This document shows positions 26,793-37,094 of a stretch of DNA of 64,000 nt, in pieces. This DNA comes from Octopus bimaculoides (taxonomy: Eukaryota). How positions within the stretch are numbered: the first letter of the stretch is position 1; the number at the start of each line of letters is the position of its first letter. Position numbers and translations under genes: made by a program. The notes beneath the pieces were generated by a model, which ran no database searches, was not told the DNA's origin, and worked only from the letters and a program-made list of their open reading frames with translations. The DNA is taken from NCBI RefSeq assembly GCF_001194135.2, contig NC_069002.1, positions 281,436-345,435 of the forward strand, written 5' to 3'.

Positions 26793-29700
26793 GGTGGTGA
26801 GCTGGCAGAATCATTAGCTCAGTGGAGTTGATGTAATGACTTATTCTCTACAACCCCCACCCCTGCACACCAAACTTCCTGGCCTTGTGCCAAAATGTGA
26901 AACCATTGTTGTTGCCACATCTAATGCTTTATTTATACTTTTTCCCTTTCAGTTTCTCGGTCAGCATCTGCCAATTCTTTACCTAAATTACCAACATCCC
27001 AGTCTTATTCTCATTCCTTACCTGGTTCCGTTATGCAAATGCCCCCTGCTTCTCTGCAGTCCCCTACAAATCAGCCGCCAGCCTGTAATGGTGGAGGTGC
27101 AGCAGGAGGAGGAGGAGTGGCCATAACTGGAGGAGCTGGAAATACATCTTCCTCTGCTGGCAGTACACCCCAGGCAGAGCCCAAAACTGGCTTCTTTTCT
27201 CGGATATTTGGAAACAAGTTGCAGTTATCCACCCCAGATGTGAACAGTCAAACAGGTAAGAAGTGAAGAATGTTACACTTTGCAATTTCCTTTCTGCTTC
27301 ATTAGCATTGTTGTTTTAACATCCATGGAGTTTATTGAGCCAGAGATTTTATGCCTTTCCTGTTGCTAACTTCAACCTGTTTCCGAGCAAGGTAATAGTT
27401 TTTTTGCTGAATATTGTATGACTGTAACCATCATTTACAGTTGTCATGCAATGTTGAGACCAAGTGACACAAACACACACACATGCACAATGGGTTTCTT
27501 TCTGTTTCCATCTCCCAAATCCACTCACCCACGATACTACACAAAGGGAATGAACCTGAAACTATGTGGTTGGGAAGCTAACTGCTTCACCACACAGCCA
27601 CACCTAAATCATTTAAAATTGAAATTTTCTAGCTGGTGTATAAGATGATATCCTCATCTTATCTTGGAAATGGGTACAAGATTAACAGACCCCCTTAAAC
27701 ACCATCGTATACAATAACCTGTTGCCTGTCTTAACTATCAGGCACTTGTTTTGTTGGCTGTTTTCCACCTCCCACAAAGAAATGTAGCCCTTTATCCATT
27801 ATGTGTCCTTATGACTCTCTGAGTGGTTGGCGTTAGGAAGGGCATCCAGCTGTAGAAACTCTGCCAAATCAGACTGGAGCCTGGTGTTGCCATCCGGTTT
27901 CACCAGTCCTCAGTCAAATCGTCCAACCCATGCTAGCATGGAAAGCGGACGTTAAACGATGATGATGATGATGATGATGATACAATTAGAATTTAGCATT
28001 TAGTTAAATCCCTTAACATTCTCAAGTGAAGGGAGGTAACTAGGTCAGCTTAACCTTCCATCCTTCCTGTGGCCAATCCTCACCTGTTTTGAAGCAACAC
28101 AATATTCCCCAATGACCAAACGTATTTTCACAGAAGATTGAAAATAAAGAGCACAGCTTGTTTGATGGTGACACGATTATCACATGATGCCAAAACATGG
28201 AAACAAGCACACACGCACACACACACGCACGCCCTATATGATAGACTTCTTTCAGTTTCTGTCAAGCAAATCCACTAAGGCTATAAGTCAGCCTGGACTA
28301 TAGTGGAAGACATTTGTCCAAGTCGTCATGCAGTGAGACTGAACCTGAGAACATGTGGTTGTGAAGCAAAAATGTTAGCCACACCCGGCTCTGCCTGTGC
28401 CTCCTCCTCTAAGTCAAATAAACAATAAAAAAATATTCTTTGCTTTCTTAAAATTCCATATTGTGATTATTTTCAAGAATGATTTAAATACATGTGACTT
28501 TTTTTTTTGTCAACAAGCTGTGGAAGTTAATGTTGAAAAGGCTGTGAAAAGTGTTGAGGAATTTATTCCAGATGGTGAAGAACTGGACAGTAGCTTTCTG
28601 GATGATACGAAGGATCATCGAATGACTGCTTCATGTAATCCAGCTAATAATAAAGACAAAGAAAGTGACAGGTAAACACGGTTTGCCAATTCGGTTTTCT
28701 TTCTCAACCATCCATACATTTCCTTCTGGTAAATGATGATGATGATGATGATTCAATGTACAAGTAGTTCTGTTGATTGAACACTTTAAGTTGTTGTTGT
28801 TGAAAATGCCCTGGGCTGTCCCTTGACTTTCACTACAATGTCTGCCTCTCTGTTTCAGTGATGAAGACTACAGCGGCAATCCTATGGTAGCGGGTTTCCA
28901 AGATGACCTTGACTCTGAGGATGAAGTAACTCTGAAGAACGCTGGCGATAGTAACAACAGCAAGCTCCATATCACGCCAAACCTTGATATCTCCAGTGAT
29001 GAAGACATTCTCATTGTTCCAGTTGCGTCCAAGAAGCTCTCTCTTTCTGCCAGTAAGGACAACTCCAACGATAGTAAGAAGTCAACCAATTCCTCCTCTT
29101 CCAACTCTTCTACAACTTTCTCACAGAAGGCCAACCGGAAACTCTCTTCAGAATCAGAGCCTGACATCTCTGACAAAGTCCAAATTGCAGGTAAAACAAT
29201 CAAAGAGCCGAGAAACGATGAGGAGCAACATTCAGAAGATAACGAAGATGCATCACAACCTCATGTGGCCCAGGATATTGAAGATATCAGTGAAGATGAG
29301 AACTCAAATGATATGCCCAACAGTCTAACACAGAGTTCAGCAGAGGTATTTATGATTTTTTTTTTGTGTCTTTTTTTATTTTTATTTTGTATATTTGGTT
29401 TGCTTTATTTTTATTATAATTTCTATTCACTGATTTATCGATGCCTATGTCATGTCTCAGTTCCATCCCATAGCTTAGACACACAACACTTTCCTCAATA
29501 CATGAGCTTTTCCAAGTATTGCTGCCATCTGAATGCCTTCTAAGAAGTTTGGTATTTGTAGCTCTTGATGGCATTTTTTTTGTGTCTTTATGAGTGACAG
29601 ATTTTGCTTTTCCAATCTCAAAACAACTCCAGCGTCACAGGGAATGGGATTTTTATGATACTCCTATCGAATGTGACCAAATGCAGTTTATTCTGCAGCA

Positions 29701-31430
29701 TAATCTTTTTTTATGGTCCACACACTTCTTCTGTCGGTGTCACAGTGCTTGGATCCCGTTGGTGGAGAAGCTTTCATTCTGTCTGTCAAAAAAGCCATCA
29801 ACAGCAGACATGATGACATCATCAGACATGTCATTAGAAAAACACAAATTTCACATCTTGCAAAGTAAACACAGCAATGTCACTCAGCACACTGCCGCCT
29901 CATGAAGGTCACTGTGCATGCAACCATGTGCTGCCATCTGTTGGTGTGCTACAGAACTAGTTTGAGAATATTTTAATACCACCTCGTACACACACACACA
30001 CACACCGTATTGTAATTCCTTTTCTTATCACTTTCCATATTTATTTTCTATTCCCATCTTCAGATCCAAGGTAGTCACTCGATCCCATCAATAGATTTAA
30101 CATACGAAGATCTTAGCATTTTGGAGAAAGGATTTAATTCTTCAGCAAGTAAGTAATTAAAAAGATTTTACACTTCTTGAAAGTTTGTAACCTCATTAAT
30201 TTGTGTCGATTAATAATTGCTGATGTTTCAAATATGATGCTGTTAATGGAGAGAAAATGAGAAAATTATAGGCTTGGATGAACTCTAACGATTCTTTACA
30301 ATTGAACAATGTTATTACATACAAGCAATTATAATATCCAGTCGTATAATTATATAATAGCTAGTAGTTATTGCTAACACTAGAATTTCTTCTTATTATT
30401 ATTATTAAGCAGCCCTATGTCTTCCTTCTTGTAGTAGTCATCGGGTTGCCTCCCCTTATTCCAATTAATTAGGTTTAATAAAATAATTTTCTGAAATAGT
30501 TGCTTCCTTATCTCTCTCTCTCTCTCTCTCTCTCTTTCTATGTTCTGCTGACCAAGAATCCGATGACATTTTCATCCCTCCCTTTCTCTTTCTCTCATGT
30601 TTTTCTTTTTTCCTAAACCGCATCTTCTTCCTCCATCCTGTGCCACTTCAGATGCTGATTCTTCCATTTGGACCCCTGGAGATACAGACCATGACTCTGT
30701 AACAAGTGAGAAGAAAAAAAAGAAGAAGAAAAAAGATAAAGACAAAGTATGTATCCTTTGTTTATATAATTTTTTCTTTGATTTTTATTTTATTTTAAAC
30801 AAAATTCTGGCTTTTGTTTTGTCAACCAGCATTCTTCTAAATTTTCATTAAGATCTGCATTTTGAGAACTGCTTTTCCTTCTTTTCTTTGTGTGTGTGTG
30901 TGTGTGTGTGTGTGTTGCTTTGTCTTGATGTCAGGTGATGGTTGTAAAGGAGCATCACCGTCATACAAGCAGTGTCCTTTGTTTCCAGTCTTCCATAGGA
31001 AAGCATGGTTGACGATGAGGAAATATGACCTTGCTTGGAAACAGGTGAGGGTTGGTGATAGGAAGGGCATCCAGCCATAGAAAACCTGATGAAGCAAGTT
31101 TTGTCCAACCCATGTAAGCATGGAAAAGTGTATATTTAGGGATGAGGATTAATGTTTTTTTCTTCTTTTGTTTTTGGTAAAATTTTATAGGATGAAGAAA
31201 AGTCAAGTAAAAAATCCAAAAAGAAGAAAGAAAAAGGTCGAGAGTTGAGTGGAAGCAAGGAAAGTAGCAGCAGCAGCAGCAGTGGAAAAGTAAAGAAGAA
31301 AAGCAAAAAATCCAAAGAAAACCAGAAAGAACTTGGACAACTGGAAGCTTTTCTTGTAGAAGATAATGTCAGTGAAGAGTTGACGCCAAGACCAACAACA
31401 GCCACTGGTGAAGATTACGAGTCTCTTTGA
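11875..31430 (+). CDS. RABL6: Rab-like protein 6 (RBEL1/PARF), 14 coding exons, 765 aa
   Basis: Exons 11875-11995, 20682-20788, 22485-22610, 23057-23148, 24089-24229, 24481-24586, 25419-25522, 26030-26166, 26953-27255, 28518-28671, 28859-29345, 30064-30148, 30652-30746, 31191-31430, all GT-AG and phase-consistent. Motifs: [75 protein letters not shown], a Lys-rich C-terminus and terminal DYESL. Confidence 0.94.
12071..12154. repeat. Self-complementary compound microsatellite (CA)n(TA)n(TG)n
   Basis: About 19 nt of AC repeat, 44 nt of AT repeat and 20 nt of TG repeat in succession. Confidence 0.9.
13300..13680 (+). mobile_element. Possible decayed LINE ORF2 C-terminal fragment
   Basis: Purine-rich plus-strand frame with scattered stops; the listed minus ORF 13272-13670 looks like its antisense shadow. 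Family not identified. Confidence 0.3.
16021..16248 (-). mobile_element. Possible LINE ORF1 relic
   Basis: RVSEIIVDQGRTWLITYSAARLPFTFWC loosely parallels RVFIGEGLSVRVGVEGRRLRCFKC at 33.0 kb. Confidence 0.25.
16482..16491. other. Assembly gap (10 N) in a (TG)n(AG)n compound repeat
   Basis: Run of N. Confidence 1.
18272..18281. other. Assembly gap (10 N) inside a family C repeat
   Basis: Run of N between catcatcatttaacgtccg and ctaacgccaaccactc. Confidence 1.
19658..19835 (+). mobile_element. tRNA-derived SINE, family B
   Basis: aaggttgcgagctggcagaatc..ttctgagttcaaattc..ggtcgactttgcc..aaatgtgtagcagttgagtactg; homologous to the copies at 26.8, 40.0, 50.2 and 56.0 kb. Confidence 0.8.
20457..20645 (+). 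mobile_element. SINE family A body, joined to a family C fragment upstream
   Basis: gccgaccaaatccttgtgagtggatttggtagatggaaactgaaagaagcc..agaccgatagaataagtactag. Confidence 0.85.
21044..21472 (-). mobile_element. SINE family A, near full length
   Basis: Tail, body and tRNA-like head (reverse complement of ggcacaggagtggctgtgtgg..) all present. Confidence 0.88.
22769..22986 (+). mobile_element. piggyBac-type MITE (~210 bp) with TTAA target duplication
   Basis: TTAA|CCCTTT at 22769 and AAAGGG|TTAA ending at 22986. CCC...GGG termini with TTAA are the piggyBac signature. Confidence 0.8.
26185..26460 (+). mobile_element. Tc1/mariner relic (TIR plus transposase N-terminus)
   Basis: TIR-like tacaaggtgcattccagaagttttgagac. 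Decayed VKLGKNATETY*M matches the mariner N-terminal pattern IKFCVKLGKxATETxxML. Confidence 0.6.
27815..27982 (+). mobile_element. Family C RTE-type 3' end with (GAT)n tail, well conserved
   Basis: gagtggttggcgttaggaagggcatccagctgtagaaactctgccaaatcag..gcatggaaagcggacgttaaacgatgatgatg; nearly identical to the copy at 49.0 kb. Confidence 0.85.
29520..29988 (-). mobile_element. Mariner-type non-autonomous element
   Basis: Right end reads tacgaggtggtattaaaatattctcaaac on the minus strand (mariner-like TIR with TA); internal gctgccatct motifs. Confidence 0.55.
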
Positions 31431-31785
31431 ATATGGGCAGCTGAGAAGATGGATACTTTTTAGGAAGATTTTGATAATCCGTATCTTATCTCCCCTCCCA
31501 CCACTCTCATATCAGCTGATAACAAGATACATGTCTGGACAAATATATACATATATGATGCAAATTTTATAAATGATAGTTTATATATGTAATATATAAT
31601 GTGTATATAAAAAGAAACAGTATATAACGTAATTAGATATGTATTTATGATGTATATATATCATAAATACATATGTTTATATATGCATATATATATATAT
31701 GTAAATACCCATATCTATACGTTTGTGTATGTGTATACACTAATATTGACTTATATACATATATGTATACTTATATGGATGTGTG

Positions 31786-31836
<51 letters not shown>

Positions 31837-32391
31837 GCATATATGTATATGCAATTTTCTATTAAATGCATGTAAACTCAAATGACTATTCAGAACCGAA
31901 ATGGGAAGTGCTGAGTCTCTGGTCTTCATGAATTTCCTCAGTTTTCTGGCTAAACAACTCTTCTGAGCTTACATTCATCTGACTTAAAATTTTCAATACA
32001 TGGTATATACTTCTGTATGTGTACAAACATATATATATACACACACACACAGATACTCATATGCATATAGACATTATATGAATCATACGAGAGAGAAGAA
32101 TTATTTCACCTTGACTGCCATGATTTACAAATAAAACTTCAAAAATAATTCAGACATGCTGACATCATTTATAATGTGGAGGTTGATGGGAGAGAAGAGA
32201 AAAAAACTTACAAGTTAACAAAAGAAAAGAAGATAAAAAACAAAAAAATGATTCAAAAGTTAAACTACCCTTTTTTTCTTTTTGAATATTTTTAAATTTT
32301 AATTTTTTATGTTTTTTTTTGTTTTTTTTTTCCCCCAAGTGTGGTATGTGAAGAAAGCCTGTCTGTATCAATGTGTTTCTATTGCAGCATG

Positions 32392-32397
32392 AATAAA
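32392..32397 (+). terminator. Candidate RABL6 polyadenylation signal
   Basis: AATAAA followed by GT-rich sequence about 960 nt after the stop. Confidence 0.45.
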
Positions 32398-32657
32398 TGT
32401 GTCAGTATGTATGTGTACATGTCCATGTATAAAAGGATTAATTAAAGCTAGAATGAGCTTTTATTATCAATAACAAGTTTGTTGTTTTATATTTTTTGTT
32501 TCTACTTGTTGAGTGAACAAAGTCCCCTTTGCATTTTCTACTGGTCAAGGTTGGACACCACAAGGGTGATGGTGAGTGTAGAGATTTGTTGGAGATGAAT
32601 ACCTGGGTGAAGGTGACGTCAGCTCAACCAGATGCAAGGAGCAAAGGCCATTTTAGC

Positions 32658-32689
<32 letters not shown>

Positions 32690-32692
<3 letters not shown>

Positions 32693-34270
32693 AAAAACAC
32701 AAAATAAGGGCCAGAGGCTGGAGTGTGTCACATTATGCCAATCCATCGAAACTCAATTCACCAATTAAAAATGACCTTAAAAAGTGAAGAGGTGTTGTTA
32801 CTGCTGACGTACTTGGGCAAGTGAACCGCTAAAATTAAAGTGGAAGAAATTCGGGCAGGTCTCAACATTATATGGATAGTGGTGGCCTCTACTTATGACC
32901 TGGAAGAGAAAATGAGCATTTTGCAAATGCAAAAAAAAGGAAGCAGAGAATTGGAAAGGTCAGTCTTTGATAGAGTATTTATAGGCGAGGGGCTAAGCGT
33001 AAGGGTCGGTGTAGAAGGACGTAGGCTGCGTTGCTTTAAATGTGGCGAGAAGGGTCACGTTCACTCAGACTGTAAAGCAAAGAAGAACGAAGCCCCTTCA
33101 CAACAAGAACCACAAAACGCAGAGGAGAAAAAAGGACAACCAGCAAAACAAACAAATGTTACACAAGAACCCAAGGAAATAAGACCAGAAAAAAACCATA
33201 GAGGCAACGATACAAACCACAGAAGAAGGTGACGAAATGGTGTTTACCACAGTTAAATCCCAAAAACGAAAAAAAGGCCCCAGTCCCGGACTTCCCACCC
33301 CGTACAGACCACCCCTTTGTTAAAACCCATTTCCCATTCCCACCCCGAAGACGCAGAGCAAAATTTTTTTCTTTTAATAACATTTATAAGATGCTTGCCA
33401 CAGTCATCCGAGCTGAAGTGTGTAAAGCTAGAAAAGACATGCCACCTCACATTAGAATTGCCAGAACGGAGGTGGACTTATTCACGGAATTAAAAAGCAG
33501 GTACCCAGACGACATTGGTGATGTTTGCAAAGAAATGGGTGGCCAAAGTTTTATGGTTAGTCCAGCGGCTACACCACAGAAGGAAAAGGATGGGGAGAAA
33601 GCTCAATTCGTGCAGCCCCTCCCCAAACTAAAAATGTAAGTATTATTTTATTATGGAAATTCAGTTAGGGGGTATAAATTCACGTGGCCTAGAATTGAAC
33701 TGGAAACAAACTTGTCTCCTTGACGACCTTAGATCACTCGATATAGATGTATGTATTGTAACTGAGTCTAAGCTGAGTGGGCCACAAGTGTTCTCGCCCC
33801 TTCGAAATGGCTACGAGAAATTTATTTCTCCTAGCCGGCAGGGGGAACGGGAGTGTGGTGGTCTTATTCAGGAAAAACTTGGATGTGCAGGTAAGTGTAG
33901 TCTTTCTGAACTCAGAAAGTAGGCTGGTCGTTTTGGATTTAACATAGGTAAGTAAACAATCCTTCAGGTTGGTAGCTGTCTATGCACCGAAACAAAGTAG
34001 AGAGGCTGGCTTTTCCCGGGACCTGGAGAACTTCTTAGTAACGTTAAAATCTCTAGGTGTACTAGGAGACTTTAACACTATTCTCTACGCACAGGTGGTT
34101 AGTGTTGACTCAGCCAATAATAGAAGGGGAAGCCTGGCCTCAAAAAGGCTACTAGAAAGCTATAATCTAGTTGACCATTATAGACTGGATGAACCGCTGG
34201 TTCCACAGTTGACGTGGACTAATAACGACCGTTCACTCCGATCTTATATAGGACAGGATATTCGTTAGGA
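32690..34270 (+). mobile_element. Decayed Tx1/L1-like LINE, 5' half only (ORF1 zinc knuckle plus APE endonuclease)
   Basis: CFKCGEKGHVHSDC (CX2CX4HX4C, 33032-33073). ORF2 start MEIQLGGINSRGL..LLDDLRSLDIDVCIVTESKL, then VAVYAP, LGDFN and TWTN..SYI. Frameshifts and stops are present and no RT domain follows. Confidence 0.85.
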
Positions 34271-34437
34271 ATACGCGTTCGTCCCTTAAGCACTTAGGAA
34301 AATAAAGTAATAGTCAAACTACTGAGGTTCATTTAATTTTCTATACTTCCTCCCAAAATGCGCAGCCAGTTAGAAATTCATCTTTTAATAAAGTAGAACA
34401 ATTTTTTTAAGGAACGAAAATAATTTTCGTAAAATGA

Positions 34438-34493
34438 TGACGTCATCAGTCAGGGGAGAGCACTCCGTATTGACATTGATAAAAATGGCGGCC
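34438..34493 (+). promoter_or_regulatory. CRE palindrome and YY1-like motif at the UFSP2 start
   Basis: TGACGTCA 34438-34445; AAAATGGCGGCC 34482-34493 overlapping the MAAV ATG. Confidence 0.55.
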
Positions 34494-36377
34494 GTGAAAG
34501 ATATTTTCGTCTCTAGAAACGTTTTGGAGACAATCCGACGTCTGGACGAAGAAAACGGTCTGGGATTGCTGATTGGAGAAGACAGTATAGACTTTATAAA
34601 GGTTTGGAAATGTACCAGATTGAGCGAAAGGGTTCAAGAAGATGCCATGAAGACGTGTCAACTTCTGCCAGGTGGCTTAACCGTACTCGGTTTGTACAGT
34701 GTTTCCGCTGTTCCCACCGCTTCATCGGCGACTGGAAACGATTACGATGACAGCAACGACCCTGTCTCGTCTGTTATAAGTGTTTTGATGAATTTTTTGA
34801 AAGTTAAGTATTTTTTACTGTTAAATTATGACGATACTAACCCGCACAGTTCTCCGATGTTTTTGTATACGTGTCTGGCCGGCGGCGATGTGAAGCGAAC
34901 GAAGAGCGAGTGGACAGCTGTTGCCGAAGAAGGCAACCTCAAAGACGAACACGTTCGGTTTAGACTCAAAACCCAGTTGCCTTTGAGTTTTAAATACGAT
35001 CCCAAGTCGGATAAATTAATTAAAATCATCCGAACCGAAGTGGAACACTTGTGTCAAGTGGTCGGTTCACCTTTGACTGTATTTCATATTAACGACAGTA
35101 AATTGCTTCTGTCACCAGATTCGATGACCAACAACGAAGTCGAAGATGAGGAAAATGCTGAACAGCAATACTGGAAAAGTTATGAAACAAACGAAATGTG
35201 CAGAGATATCGTTAAATACATCGAAACAGATGAAGAAAATTTTATTTCCATGCCCAAATCGAAAAAGAAAAATGCAGGCAGTTTAAATCGTTCGATTTCT
35301 GTTAGTATGTACACATCGACATTTTGTAATACGGATCCTAAACGGACACCGTCTTGTGCTCCTCTCATCCATCAAGAAATGGAAGAATTTCTTCAAGTTT
35401 CTGTACCTTTGAAGATCGATGCTATAGCTTATGTTTCTCTGAATTGTCCCATAAGCAAAGTGGCTACGATTCTCGCCACTACCGTGTGTCGGCAGATTCT
35501 TGCTGCTGAACTTTGCATTACCGAAAACAGACAAGGTTCGACTTTTTCTATACCTCAAACATATCACATCCAACTACCTCAGTCGACGTTTATTGTTTCT
35601 GTCACATATCCAGAAGATGTCGAGGAAAATACACTGGAATATCAAAGGAAGTGTCTTCATCAACTTTTTTGTCTCCCTCTTACTAAGCCATGTTTCCGAA
35701 AGACTAACGCCTATATTTTTCCTGAAGATGTTGCACCAAGAAACAGTTACTTAATTAACCCCCATGTTAGCTTGCTATCAGCAGCCAAAAGTGCAACCCA
35801 GCACGTTGTACAAGGTCGCTACAGCTATCACCATTATATGCAAGATAACTGTGATGACAACAAATGGGGTTGTGCATATAGATCTCTACAAACTCTGATA
35901 TCTTGGTTTCGACTTCAAGGCTATACTTCTGTTCCAGTCCCGACTCATCGCCAAATTCAGCAAGCTCTTGTAGACATAGGTGATAAACAGCCACCGTTTG
36001 TTGGTAGCCGTCAGTGGATAGGTTCTCTGGAGGTGAGTTTCTGTTTAGAACATCTGATTGGAGTCCAAAGTCGAATCATGAACGTCTCTTCAGGCGCTGA
36101 AATGTCAAATTATGGCAGAGAACTTTCTATGCATTTTGATTCTGTGGGAACTCCAATTATGATAGGTGGGGGTGTCCTTGCCCACACAATCATTGGAGTG
36201 GATTACAATGAAGTGACTGGAAATATGAAATTTCTTATTCTTGATCCCCACTATACAGGGGAAGAAGACCTTCAGTACATTCTAAACAAGGGCTGGTGTG
36301 GTTGGAAAGGACCAAACTTTTGGGATAAGAATGCTCATTATAATCTTTGTATGCCTCAAAGACCAAAAGTTATCTAA
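34485..36377 (+). CDS. UFSP2: Ufm1-specific protease 2, intronless, about 630 aa (647 aa if the upstream ATG at 34434 is used)
   Basis: Continuous ORF with the peptidase C78 core YSYHHY, WGCAYRSLQT (catalytic Cys), WIGS, IMIGGGVLAHTIIG, ILDPHY (DPH box) and GWCGWK, plus a long N-terminal domain. AATAAA twice at 36466-36476. Confidence 0.95.
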   Translation: MAAVKDIFVSRNVLETIRRLDEENGLGLLIGEDSIDFIKVWKCTRLSERVQEDAMKTCQLLPGGLTVLGLYSVSAVPTASSATGNDYDDSNDPVSSVISVLMNFLKVKYFLLLNYDDTNPHSSPMFLYTCLAGGDVKRTKSEWTAVAEEGNLKDEHVRFRLKTQLPLSFKYDPKSDKLIKIIRTEVEHLCQVVGSPLTVFHINDSKLLLSPDSMTNNEVEDEENAEQQYWKSYETNEMCRDIVKYIETDEENFISMPKSKKKNAGSLNRSISVSMYTSTFCNTDPKRTPSCAPLIHQEMEEFLQVSVPLKIDAIAYVSLNCPISKVATILATTVCRQILAAELCITENRQGSTFSIPQTYHIQLPQSTFIVSVTYPEDVEENTLEYQRKCLHQLFCLPLTKPCFRKTNAYIFPEDVAPRNSYLINPHVSLLSAAKSATQHVVQGRYSYHHYMQDNCDDNKWGCAYRSLQTLISWFRLQGYTSVPVPTHRQIQQALVDIGDKQPPFVGSRQWIGSLEVSFCLEHLIGVQSRIMNVSSGAEMSNYGRELSMHFDSVGTPIMIGGGVLAHTIIGVDYNEVTGNMKFLILDPHYTGEEDLQYILNKGWCGWKGPNFWDKNAHYNLCMPQRPKVI

Positions 36378-36889
36378 TGAACTTTAGTTTTGCCTTTTTT
36401 TTTATTGGAAGCGACAAAACGACAAAATCATTTTATTGGATTTTACTAAAATGTTTATTGGACAAAATAAAATAAAATTCTCTATATTTTTTAGTTCTCA
36501 AATATCATTTATAAAAAAAAATTCACCAGTGTAAGAAATAATATTTTATTGTTATTTGTTTTTATTATTTAATCCTAGGTCTACCCTGATCCAGCAGGCC
36601 TATGATAAAAGTGACTCCAGACTTGACCACCCTGTCTTTTTATATCTCTAATACCGCATTATCCAATGCCTTCTTCCATTTTTTTAAGATGCTTGGGTAC
36701 CTTCTGAGGAAGAATTGTTTGCTATCTTTAACAAGTTAAACAACCGTGTAGGCTAGTGATTCTTAATGTGGGTGACATTGCCCCGTTAAGGGCATTGTGA
36801 GCTCACAAAGGAGCAGTAAATGTCAAGGTAACACTATAGGTGGAATTGTGTATTTAGAGGGGTTATCATTTTCTTAGATTTATTATATT

Positions 36890-37094
36890 TTATCCCTTTA
36901 GCAAGCCAAATATCCTACCTGTTTTAGGTTCAGATCCAGCCTGTCACACCTACCCTACAATATCATTCTAAATATACACAACCCATTTACATCATCAAAA
37001 TCTCAATGCTGCAAGATAATGCATGATTAATTCAAAACAATGTGAATAAATAAGCATCACATGTGACAGAATAAGCTGAATGCTAAAGGGTTAA
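36890..37094 (-). mobile_element. piggyBac-type MITE
   Basis: TTAT|CCCTTTAGCA ... TGCTAAAGGG|TTAA; body is the reverse complement of the 22.8 kb copy. Confidence 0.8.

Noticed and set aside
34434-34484. Upstream ATG extending UFSP2 by 17 aa
   Set aside because: It overlaps the CRE palindrome. The MAAV ATG has better context and a YY1-type motif. Not fully excluded.
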